Assembly: GCA_958296135.2 (NCBI GenBank)
Contig: CATQHZ020000001.1
Span: 2,560,001-2,624,000, forward strand
Reading direction: 5' to 3'
DNA: 64,000 nt
DNA from: an uncultured Poribacteria bacterium
GTDB lineage: Bacteria; Poribacteria; WGA-4E; WGA-3G
This document shows positions 10,066 through 20,000 of the stretch, piece by piece. Made by a program: the position numbers and the translations under genes. How positions within the stretch are numbered: position 1 is the stretch's first letter; each line of letters starts with the position of its first letter. A model generated the notes under the pieces. The model was not told where the DNA came from. It ran no database searches and was given only the letters and a program-made list of their open reading frames with translations.

Positions 10066-11739
10066 TTAGGGTATCTCCTCGTCACATTCCTCGTCAAATT
10101 CTTCAACGCTCAGTGCTGCTATCGCCTCCAGCTCAACACCCTCGCTTGAAACGGCAGGTGCTGTTTCTGCATGTTCGCCTGACGATTCAGGTCTGTCATC
10201 TTCAACGACAGGTGCCGGTGCCTCATCAGCTGCAGTCGCCGTCAATTCGGGTTCAACGGCCTCAACGCCAAGCACGGGCTCTTCTGCCGTGTCAAATTCT
10301 TCAACGCTCAGTGCTGCTATCGCCTCCAGCTCAACACCCTCGCTTGAAACGGCAGGTGCTGTTTCTGCATGTTCGCCTGACGATTCAGGTCTGTCATCTT
10401 CAACGACAGGTGCCGGTACCTCATCAGCTGCAGTCGCCGTCAATTCGGGTTCAACGGCCTCAACGCCAAGCACAGGCTCTTCTGCCGCGAACATCGCCTC
10501 CTGCGAGAGCGGCCGCGCCTCTTCGTCCGTTTCCTCTTCCTGCAAGAGCGCGGTTTCAGCGACAGGCGCGTCCGCTTCCGTAAGCATCGCTTCCCCCGGC
10601 CCGGAATGGACGGCAGGCGCGTCGGAGAATATCTCCGCACCTGCAGCGACACCTTCTTCTCCGACATCCTGCAATGCCGCCGGTTTGAAGAGTTCATCAA
10701 TAGAGACAACTGCCTCCGATTCACTCTTGATGTCAATCTTCCACCCGGTCAGCTTCGCAGCGAGGCGCGCATTCTGGCCACGCCGCCCAATGGCAAGCGA
10801 GAGTTGATTGTCCGGGACAATGACGCGGGCATTTCTGGCCGCCTCGTTGAGCTCAACCCGCGAGACCGTGGCGGGACACAGCGCGTTGCCGATAAAAACT
10901 CTCGGGTCATCGCTCCACTCCACCAAATCGATCTTCTCATCATCCAACTCAGCGACAATGCTTCGCACGCGGACACCTTTAACACCGACGCATGTGCCGA
11001 CAGCATCGATTGACTCTTCCACCGCGGTGACAGCAACTTTCGAGCGTTTCCCAGGGTCGCGGGCGATTTCCACGATTTGCACCTGGCCTTCAAAAATTTC
11101 AGGCACCTCTTGTTCAAATAACACCTGGATCAGGTTTTTATCGGTGCGTGAGACGACGATGGGCGCGCCTCGGTTCGCCTCCCGCACCTGTAAGATGAGG
11201 CATTGCAACCGTCTGCCGCGTTCGTAACTGTGCCCTGGCGCAACCTCGCGCAGCGGCAAAAACGCCTCGGTTCGTTCCAAATCGAGAATGATGCCCCGGC
11301 GTTCAAACCGCTGGACATGGCCCGTGACAAGCTCGCCCTCGCGCCCCTCAAATTCATCGTAGATTTTCTCGCGCTCCGCCTCTTTTATTTTTTGACGGAG
11401 GATCTGCCGCGCTAATTGCGCCGGGATCCGCCCAAACTCCATCGGATTAATTTCCACCTCAAGCGTTTGCCCAAGTTCCGCACCGGCATGGAGCTTCCGC
11501 GCAGTGTCAATCGGAATCTCTTTCAAGAAATCCCGCATAATGTTGACAACTTTTTTCGGCACATAGCACCGTATCTCGCTCGCGTCAAGGTTAATCTCCA
11601 CAGAAACATCGGCATTCGCACCGTAAACGCGACGCGCCGCCGCGAGCAGAGCCGCCTCGATCGCCTCAACGAAAACTTGCTGCGGTAACTCCGTATGCGC
11701 TGTGTTTTGACGAAGAACATTTTGCAGGTTTGCTAACAT
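10066..11739 (-). CDS. nusA: NusA with long acidic C-terminal tail
   Basis: FGRIPAQ, EVPEI, ARDPGKRSK, SLAIGRRGQNARLAAKLTGWKIDI. Confidence 0.97.
   Translation of the reverse strand: MLANLQNVLRQNTAHTELPQQVFVEAIEAALLAAARRVYGANADVSVEINLDASEIRCYVPKKVVNIMRDFLKEIPIDTARKLHAGAELGQTLEVEINPMEFGRIPAQLARQILRQKIKEAEREKIYDEFEGREGELVTGHVQRFERRGIILDLERTEAFLPLREVAPGHSYERGRRLQCLILQVREANRGAPIVVSRTDKNLIQVLFEQEVPEIFEGQVQIVEIARDPGKRSKVAVTAVEESIDAVGTCVGVKGVRVRSIVAELDDEKIDLVEWSDDPRVFIGNALCPATVSRVELNEAARNARVIVPDNQLSLAIGRRGQNARLAAKLTGWKIDIKSESEAVVSIDELFKPAALQDVGEEGVAAGAEIFSDAPAVHSGPGEAMLTEADAPVAETALLQEEETDEEARPLSQEAMFAAEEPVLGVEAVEPELTATAADEVPAPVVEDDRPESSGEHAETAPAVSSEGVELEAIAALSVEEFDTAEEPVLGVEAVEPELTATAADEAPAPVVEDDRPESSGEHAETAPAVSSEGVELEAIAALSVEEFDEECDEEIP
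10093..10487. repeat. near-perfect 198 bp tandem duplication in nusA tail
   Basis: Copies start at 10093 and 10291; 66-aa unit AEEPVLGV...VEEFD. Confidence 0.92.
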
Positions 11740-11986
11740 TCTCCCTCTCCTTTCTCAAATTGTGTTATACCCATCACCGGCTGTCGTTCAAACCCGCCTG
11801 AAGTTTCATAAGTGAATCGGGGCATGTCTCGCATTATTTCCGCAGGGCCTCTTGGAAACAAGGCAGCACCGCGCATCCCCCGAAAAACGTATCTTTCGGG
11901 CCGCTAAGAACTAAAGCGCGCCCCTCTTCATCACAGGCAGTCATCTTCCTTGGCATTACGTCATCCTGATAACGAAAGGGTGCTTA

Positions 11987-12439
11987 TCACCACTCCAACT
12001 GTACCTGCGCCTCGCGAATACGCGAAAGCGCAACGTGAACGCGCCCCCCGACAGCTTGCGTGAGCACCACGTGCCCATCCGATACTTCCGCTACCGTGCC
12101 TTGCACCTCGTCAGGTTGCCCGTTTGCCGCCACGGCATCAATACGAACGCGCCGCCCCTGATTCCGCCGAAAATCCGCCGCCGTCCTCAAAGGCCTATCT
12201 ATCCCCGGCGACGCTACCTCCAACTGCGCATAAGGCACCAAGTGTTGATACACTTCCAAAATCGGACGGACAAGCAGGTTCACCGCTTGGCAATCGGCTA
12301 CCGATAACCCGCCAAGTTTGTGAATTAAGAGGCGTAACGTCTTACCTTGCGCTTCAACGTCTACCAACTCAATGCCCTCGCTGTCCAGCAACGGAACTAA
12401 CGTCTCAACAATAGAGGACTTTTCGGTTTCAGTCATCAT
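11987..12439 (-). CDS. rimP: ribosome maturation factor RimP
   Basis: LEVASPGIDRPL; upstream of nusA. Confidence 0.93.
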   Translation of the reverse strand: MMTETEKSSIVETLVPLLDSEGIELVDVEAQGKTLRLLIHKLGGLSVADCQAVNLLVRPILEVYQHLVPYAQLEVASPGIDRPLRTAADFRRNQGRRVRIDAVAANGQPDEVQGTVAEVSDGHVVLTQAVGGRVHVALSRIREAQVQLEW

Positions 12440-12535
12440 CTCTCCTACGCGCAGCCCTTTCCTCTGTAGGTAGGACTCGCCTGAACCCAACTACAAAAAT
12501 ATATTAACCGCTCTCCGTTTTGAAGTCAAGCCAAT

Positions 12536-12961
12536 TTAGGAATGCGTTTCAAAAAACTCAATCACTTCACCGCTGGGACCTGTGAAAAAGGCGATAGTCG
12601 CGCTGATGCCGCCGAGTTGCACATCAACCGGCTCCACCGTGATTTTGGCACCCGCCTGCCGGACATGTTCCGTCGCAGCGCGGGCATCGGTTGTGGCGAG
12701 CGCGAAGTGCGTCACCGGATCATTCGGGCTTGCGTCGCCAGCCGACGGTGAATCCGCAGTGGGCTGAAACAGCTCTATATGACTGCCATCGCCCATATCC
12801 AATAGCACTATCTGCCGGTCGGGGCCGCCGAACTCGGCGACAAATTCCATCCCCAAAACATCTTGATAGAAGGACAAGGAGGTGTCCCAATCGCGCGTCT
12901 GGACCGCGATGTGGTGCGTACCACACCCTTGGATCGCTGAATTTTTCGTTCCAACTGCCAT
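12536..12961 (-). CDS. VOC/glyoxalase family protein
   Basis: HHIAV...FYQDVLG...HFAL...FFTGPSGEVIEF. Confidence 0.9.
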   Translation of the reverse strand: MAVGTKNSAIQGCGTHHIAVQTRDWDTSLSFYQDVLGMEFVAEFGGPDRQIVLLDMGDGSHIELFQPTADSPSAGDASPNDPVTHFALATTDARAATEHVRQAGAKITVEPVDVQLGGISATIAFFTGPSGEVIEFFETHS

Positions 12962-13262
12962 CTGATGCCTCCCTCACCTCTTATTATAGCACAAAACCGA
13001 TACATTCGCAAACATTTTGACATAATTATATCATAATTTCACTTGAAAAGTCAAATTAAAATGTTTTGGGGAATTTTTCTAGCCCTATGTCACTCATTTC
13101 CCGGCGAAAAAACCGCCCCTTTACCGTAGGGCGAGGGAAAACCCGGCGATCGCGAATCGCCGAGGGTTCCCCTCGCCATGCTCGTACCCCCGGCCCACGG
13201 TTTGCAAAACCGCCCAGCGTTGGGGCTTGCAATTTTCCCAAAATTATGCTAGACTATCTCCT

Positions 13263-13877
13263 ATGAGCATGTTTCGTGAACACTGGATCGGCGGGATAGT
13301 TACCTACACCACCTTTTTCGTCATCTCTCTTGTAGCAACCCTCGCCGTTTCACTCCTTACTGAATTACCGCTGACATGGAACCCAACCATCCCCTCACCG
13401 GTGCAGCCGTTGAAAATCATCGGATGCTTCGCCATCGCGGTGCTCTTCGGGTTGTGGCCGGATGTGGACATCAAAAGCAAGAGCCAGAAGCTCTTCTATC
13501 GCGTACTATTTGTCCTGAACGCCGCGCTCCTGGTTTTCGGGATGTATCTCGAATCCGCACTGCTAGGGCTCTTCGCTATGCTCCCGATTATCAGCAAACA
13601 CCGCGGATGGACACACTCCAAAGTTACGATGCTCCTCTTACCGTGCCTCTTCCTGGTCATCCCGATTTACGTGACGTACCCAGAGTGGAGTGCCGGCGGG
13701 GAGAAACCGCTTGAGCTACTCGGATTGCTACTAGAGATGGCAATGCCAAACGCTCTCCAGAACTGGTTACCGTTCTACGTGGCGAGTTTCATCGGCTACG
13801 CGACGCACCTGCATCTCGATGGTATTCTGTTCCAATCGCGCAAAGCACAACGACGAAAGGCAAGGGCCGGCCAATGA
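13263..13877 (+). CDS. YdjM-like membrane metal-dependent hydrolase
   Basis: PDVD, HRGWTHS, HLHLD, several TM helices. Confidence 0.85.
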   Translation: MSMFREHWIGGIVTYTTFFVISLVATLAVSLLTELPLTWNPTIPSPVQPLKIIGCFAIAVLFGLWPDVDIKSKSQKLFYRVLFVLNAALLVFGMYLESALLGLFAMLPIISKHRGWTHSKVTMLLLPCLFLVIPIYVTYPEWSAGGEKPLELLGLLLEMAMPNALQNWLPFYVASFIGYATHLHLDGILFQSRKAQRRKARAGQ

Positions 13878-15313
13878 AAAAGTTGATACCGCGCTTGCAA
13901 AGCGCGCACACGGAAGGATTGCCTTGGAGAGATGACTTCTACCCCGCGAGAGTAGCCGCTCTCTGTCAGCGTGCACCTATTCTCTCTGCACTCGGACCCT
14001 TCGCGAAAACACACGGGGTGGAACTCTACCTCGTCGGCGGCAGCATCCGCGACCTGCTGCTCAATCGTCCCACGGCAGATCTGGACTTCGCGTTGGCTAC
14101 GGACGCACTTCCGTTTGCGAAAGCGTTTGCCACTCACATCGGTGGGACGTTTATCGCGCTAGATGAACGGCCACCCACGGCGCGCGTCGTCCTCAAAACG
14201 CAAACCCTGAGCCTGGATTTCGCGCAATTTCGTGCCGCGTCCCTTATCGATGATTTGCGCCGCCGCGACCTGACGATTAACGCGATGGCAGCCCCGATTG
14301 AAGCGATTTTGAGGGCTGCGCGCTTACAAAGCGCGCCTAACTATAACGTAGCACAGGAGCCTGTCCCCCGAGAACCCTCCATGTTAATCGATCCGTGTGG
14401 CGGCATGGCAGACCTGGCATCGCGCCAACTCCGATTTCCGAGTGAACAAGTGGTGCGCGATGACCCGCTCCGTTTGATTCGTATCTATCGGCTCGCGGCG
14501 CAACTCCGTTTTGAAATATGTCAGGACTCCCACGCGCTCATCCAGAAATATCACTATCTGTTGCCGCGCGTCACTGCCGAACGGATTCGCGACGAAGTCA
14601 TGAAAATCCTTAAGGTAGAACAGGCGTATCCCTATTTGCAAGAAATGTGGGAAGTAGGACTATTAGCGCATATCGTCCCCATCGCAGGTGCGGGCCCCGC
14701 CTACACTCCTGTAGCGCGAGGGACACCTGTCCCTCGCGAGCTTTGGAGGGCATTAGAGACATTTGAAGCAACCCTCCACGTTTATCCCGACTACGATGCC
14801 TATCTCGAAACGGAGTTAGGGTGGGAAGTCAATCGCCGTTCGTTGATTAAACTCTGCCTGCTTTTGCGAGGTGAACTCGGTGACATAGCGAAACGGCTCC
14901 GGCTGAGCCGCAAAGCGGCGCAGTTCCTGAAATGCCTCGCAGCAGAGCACCGGCAATTGGCAATGGAACAGTTGACGCAACGAGAAATAATTCGCTTCTT
15001 GCGACGGACCGGGTCCGATTGGATAGGCGTGTTGCTTTTCGCATCAGCACTGCATGGAAACCTAACGGACGCGCGCATCACACAGATTGTCGATACCTAC
15101 TACCAGCATTTCCTACCTATCCTCAAGCAGGGGCGGCTCCTCACGGGGAAAGAGCTGATCCAGCAGTTCGGCTTAAAAGAGGGCAGGGAGCTCGGGTTTC
15201 TGCTCAAACAGATTGAAGAACGCCAATTTGATGGCGACATTCGGACGCGCGAGGAGGCTTTCGCCGCGGTGGAAGCGTTGATGCGTCGGATGGACACCGC
15301 CCAAAACCCGTAG
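13874..15313 (+). CDS. class II tRNA nucleotidyltransferase (probably CC-adding)
   Basis: VGGSIRD, DLDF, DLRRRDLTINAMA, DDPLR, ERIRDE. Confidence 0.9.
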   Translation: MKKLIPRLQSAHTEGLPWRDDFYPARVAALCQRAPILSALGPFAKTHGVELYLVGGSIRDLLLNRPTADLDFALATDALPFAKAFATHIGGTFIALDERPPTARVVLKTQTLSLDFAQFRAASLIDDLRRRDLTINAMAAPIEAILRAARLQSAPNYNVAQEPVPREPSMLIDPCGGMADLASRQLRFPSEQVVRDDPLRLIRIYRLAAQLRFEICQDSHALIQKYHYLLPRVTAERIRDEVMKILKVEQAYPYLQEMWEVGLLAHIVPIAGAGPAYTPVARGTPVPRELWRALETFEATLHVYPDYDAYLETELGWEVNRRSLIKLCLLLRGELGDIAKRLRLSRKAAQFLKCLAAEHRQLAMEQLTQREIIRFLRRTGSDWIGVLLFASALHGNLTDARITQIVDTYYQHFLPILKQGRLLTGKELIQQFGLKEGRELGFLLKQIEERQFDGDIRTREEAFAAVEALMRRMDTAQNP

Positions 15314-15321
15314 GCACGCCT

Positions 15322-16262
15322 TCAAACCGCAGAGGAGATGGCGGTAGTCCGGGATTTCGCGCGTTTTTTGTGTGGGTCGAGAGATCGCGAGGGACAGGCC
15401 CTCGCGCTACGGTGAAAGGGGCCTACGGTGAAAAGGCCCTTCGTCCGTAGGGCGCGGTCCTGTGCCGCGCCATGCTGCGGTCTAGCGAGAGGAATCGCGA
15501 GGAACAGGTTTTCCCGCGCGCGAGGGGAAAGGGGGCCTTTCTTATCGGTCGAGAGATCGCGAGGGACAGGCCCTCGCGCTACGGTGAAAAGGTGCCTGTT
15601 TCGCGCGACGATTAAAAGGCCCCTTCGTCCGTAGGGCGAGGTCTTGTGCCGCGCCATGCTGCGGTTAAAAGCCCCTGAGTCCGTAGGGCGCGGTCCTGTG
15701 CCGCGCCATGCGATGGTAAAAAGGGCCCCTTCGTCCGTAGGGCGCGGTCCTGTGCCGCGCCATGCGTCGATCTGCAGAGGAGATGGCGGTAGTCCGGGAT
15801 TTCGCGCGTTTTTTGTGTGGGTCGAGAGATCGCGAGGGACAGGCCCTCGCGCTACGGTGAAAAGGGGCCTACGGTGAAAAGGCCCTTAGTCCGTAGGGCG
15901 CGGTCCTGTGCCGCGCCATGCTGCGGTCTAGCGAGAGGAATCGCGAGGAACAGGTTTTCCCGCGCGCGAGGGTGAAAGGGGGCCTTTCTTATCGGTCGAG
16001 AGATCGCGGCGGACAGGCCGCCGCGCTACGGTGAAAAGGTGCCTGTTTCGCGCGACGATTAAAAGGCCCCTTCTACCGTAGGGCGCGGTCTTGTGCCGCG
16101 CCATGCGATGGTAAAAAGGGCCCCTTCGTCCGTAGGGCGCGGTCCTGTGCCGCGCCATTCATCGGTCTATCGAGGAGGATCGCGAGGGGAACCCTCGGCG
16201 ATTCGCGATCGCCGGGCCCTCGCGCTACGGTGAAAAGGGGCCTACGGTGAAAAGGGGCCTTT
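15322..16262. repeat. BIME-like array of GTAG REP palindromes, including a ~445 bp duplication
   Basis: Alternating GTAGGGCGCGGTCCTGTGCCGCGCC and GCGAGGGACAGGCCCTCGCGCTAC; blocks at 15329 and 15774 repeat. Confidence 0.9.
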
Positions 16263-16324
16263 TCTTGCGGGCCGTTTTGAGTCGCAAAAAAATGATAGCA
16301 TCTAAAAAAAATCACATTTTTAAT

Positions 16325-16353
16325 TTGACAAACGCGCAAAAATGTGGTATACT
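16325..16353 (+). promoter_or_regulatory. sigma70 promoter
   Basis: TTGACA-17 bp-TATACT. Confidence 0.75.
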
Positions 16354-16416
16354 ATATTATATCATATCATCGATTTGGGGCATGACATTCAACGCAACCA
16401 ATAAAGGAGCACGAAC

Positions 16417-16578
16417 GTGAACACTCCATTCCGCGCGGATCACCCGATTCGCCTGCAAACATCTGTGAAAGCGACGCTGAAGCCACCGCGGCTGCGCGCC
16501 GTATCCCCGTTTGCGTTTGCGCCTCCCGTTGATGATGCCCTAGACCAGATTACCCCCCCCTTACTTTACGCCAGTTAA
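16417..16578 (+). CDS. putative 53-aa leader ORF containing a C8 tract
   Basis: RBS AAGGAG + GTG at 16417, TAA at 16576; first ORF after the promoter. Confidence 0.35.
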   Translation: MNTPFRADHPIRLQTSVKATLKPPRLRAVSPFAFAPPVDDALDQITPPLLYAS

Positions 16579-16940
16579 TCCTTGATAGACTCGACAGGAA
16601 GGGGCTCTGGGGGGATATCCCTGCTCACAATTCCAATATGAAAAACCGCGCGCGGTGCATGCGCGCGACTCACATTGCTCCGTGGCAACCGCTCACGTTC
16701 GCGTGGACGCGGCTGCCACGGGGCTCTTCGCGTTGCACCGACGGCTGCAACGTCGAGGGCCACCAGCGTTGTTCCGGGGAAATTTCTGTCCCCACTAGGG
16801 ATATAAAGGGGCAGGATAACCGTGGGCATTCGCCCACGGTTACCCTGTTTTCTCCGAGACTGCGACATCTGCTGCGCTCTACTGCAATCGGTGGGACGAC
16901 AACGGTATTATCGGGACCCGAGGTCCCTCCTACTCTTCAT

Positions 16941-17035
16941 GTTTCCGCCGCAATCGGTGCGGCGGAAACTCTAAGGCAAGTCGAGACCGGGAGGTCTCTC
17001 CTACATGTTTCCGCCGCAATCGGTGCGGCGGAAAC
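16941..17035. repeat. two identical 29 bp hairpins in the 5' region of the large secreted gene
   Basis: GTTTCCGCCGCAATCGGTGCGGCGGAAAC at 16941 and 17007. Confidence 0.8.
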
Positions 17036-17079
17036 CCCCTATTCATTTCATTTCATTTTTCTAAGAGGAGAATTTTCCT

Positions 17080-20000
17080 ATGAAAAGGCATTCCATTTTT
17101 TTCTTATGTTTGCTGCTCGTCGTCGGGATAGTTTCGATGCTCGGCATACCGATAGACGCACAAGCCGTAGAATCAGTAGCTGGCATTAGAATCTACGTGA
17201 ACCCAGATGTGGTGCCCAGCTTCGCCGATGCGGGTTATCCAACCGCGGTGCAAACCGGGCAGTCAAGTATACGGGGTCACCCGTGGGCGACGGGGCCGTA
17301 CGTGAAACTCGGTACGAGCCACGGCACGGTGAGCGGCGGTACCGAGATTACTGACTCCAACGACCACGATAGCGCAAGCCCCGTCACGGCGGGTGGGGGG
17401 GATATCATCGCGATTGCGCTTCATCTACAGAATGTAGACCTCTGGTACTTAACGTTAAACTTCCCTGGTTTTGATGCGGCCGGGTTGGGAAGACCAGCGG
17501 CTCACACGACTAACCCGAACAGGATTAAACAGTCACCGCCTCCTAACGTCTACTTGGAAGGCCCCCCCGGCAACGCTGGGCTCAGTCCAGCACTTGCAGA
17601 TGCTACTGCTGTCTACTTTTATCGGGTGAAGAACGGCGACGTTGATACCGACGGTGGGTGGCTTGATTCTGCAGCGATGGCTACCCCTTTTTCTAATAAC
17701 CGATGGGGATCGTCAGCTAAAAAGGCGATCACGTTCGACACTAGAAATGTCAAGTATCCCAGAGTAGATGGCGTAGGCCCGGAGTTGGCTCCTATCCATA
17801 CCCATCCGGTTCGGTTCTCCGACAGTAGTGGCTATCCGATAGATAACGCGCCCAGGGGTGGGCATTCTCGCTATCACGAAATACGCGAGCACTGCATAGC
17901 CCATTCTCTTCTGCGAGGTTCCAGTTACACGAGCGTGTGTGCGCACGTGATGGAGGATGGCTATTCTAAGCCGGCTCTCGCCGACAGCCGGCAGGTTTAC
18001 TACTACGGCTTAGGCGACACCATCTACTATTCGGTGCGGTTTGATAAGGCGGTAACGGTGGACGCTGCCACTCCACCGACGCTGAGATTAGGGGGCGGCA
18101 CGCTCGTTGGTAAATATGCAGACTACCATTCCGGGGCAGGGACCGATACGCTCGTCTTCAGGTATACGGTGGAAGCGGGAGACTACAGATTCAGCGATCT
18201 CCAGCTTTACTCCGCTCTTCGGCATAACGCCTACAATCGGGGCCAACTTTGGCCGGAGGACGACCCGAACGCGAAGTGGATAAGGGACCTCGGTGGCAAC
18301 CGGTTCCTTCAGAGGTGGGCAGACACCCAATCCGCGCTGATGGCCTATTTTATCGGCGAGATGTCAGAGACAGACTGGACTTATGGAGGTGCTTCGGGCT
18401 TTCATTATAACCACATCCTCTGGTCTGGCGATGAAACTATCCGCGCGCTCCCAGGCAGCGAAGCGTCTAAAGTCCGTAATTTCATTGTAGATACCCTGCC
18501 GGCGACGGTGTGGATTCCCGGCTTGATAAAGAACGGCGAGACGCACACCGATGATAAACGGACTGCAATCGTCAGCTTGGATGCTGCCGCTGCACCGGTA
18601 ACAGATTTTGACCTCGGTGTTACGGAAAGCACGACGCAGACAGCGACGTTTGATGTGGAATTCCGTTTTTTCAACCATCCGGATGCGAAGAGTGCGGTAG
18701 CAGACGAAGTGGGGGAGAGTTTTCAACCCGCGGATGTCAGCATTACCGGCCCCGGTGTAACGCGTGATGCGTGGCAGGTTGCGTTGACGTATGTTGGGCT
18801 AGATCACCGGGCTACCGAGCGGTGGCCCCCTTCCCCTCACTGGACAGAGAGCCTTTCGGAGGATTCAACGAGCGCCAGGGAGAGACATATCGCCCGCCAT
18901 CCGGGAGAGATTGCAAGTGAGCATGAGATTCTCCGGGACTATCCGGCATTGGCATTTCCGCTCGGTAGCGCGAAGAATTCTGCGTCGTTCCTCGTCTACA
19001 AAGCGACGATTACGCCGCCGTTCGGTTTCGTCGGCGATGTCACTATCGCCTTGCCGGCGGGTGCCACGATGGACATTGCAGGCAACGCCAGTCTGGCATC
19101 GAATACGTTGACGGTGCCGGTGGACAATCCGTTGCGCGTGGTGGAAACGCCGGAGATTGTCGAGCCCCCCGCGGGTGTCTATACCGCCGGGGATAAGATT
19201 GAAGTGTCGGTGACGTATGCCCAGGAGAATCTACGGTATGAAGGGGCGAACCCGCCGTATCTGGTGGTGTATCTGGGTGAACAGGTGTTGGCCAATGCGC
19301 GGCATGCTGTTTGGACAGCGGCGGCAGGCACGGATTCGACGAAAGTGACGTTTGCGTATACGGTGGCAGCCACGGACACGGTGACGGATGCAGTGCGTGC
19401 TCCCTCTGTTGAGATACTCGTGCCGGAAGAGACGACGTTGTTGTCTGGGCCCCTAGGTGCGCCGGATGGGCAGCAGGTTGGGACAGCGGTGCCAGCTGTT
19501 GCGTCTGGTGCTGCGCCAGCCTCGGTGCCGGAGTTAGATCCGGTGGAAGATACGTCTGGGCGGGAGGTTGCGCCTGTCGTCCGGAAGACACCGGTTATAC
19601 CGGTTGTGCCGTTTTTCCCCGAGGCGGCTTCGCCGAAGGCTGCTGCGTCTGCTGTGCCTCGCAGTCCGATTGTTTTTAACGAGTTCGGCAATGGCAGCGG
19701 TGCTGCAAACGACTGGCTGGAACTCCGCAATGTCACGGGTTCGGCTGTCTCCTTGAAAGACTGGGAGCTCAGTGTCGTGCAAGATGACAAAAAGGAAGAT
19801 ACATCGCTTGTCGTTTTCGCGGATGTGAGCGTGCCGGCGAACGGGCTGTTGCTGCTGGTGAGTACCTCGCCGGCCAAAACGTCTCTCGCCGGTGGCGATG
19901 ATATTGCCACTTCCGCCGTAGAGCAGAAAGGTTCGCCGCATCAGTATCTCGTTGTCTCGGGCCTCGCGTTGCCGGATGATGGGCAGTTCCTGTTGATTCT

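Noticed and set aside
15322-16262. CRISPR array (also 21348-22150)
   Set aside because: Repeats alternate in orientation, linkers are themselves repeated, and there are no cas genes; this fits REP/BIME
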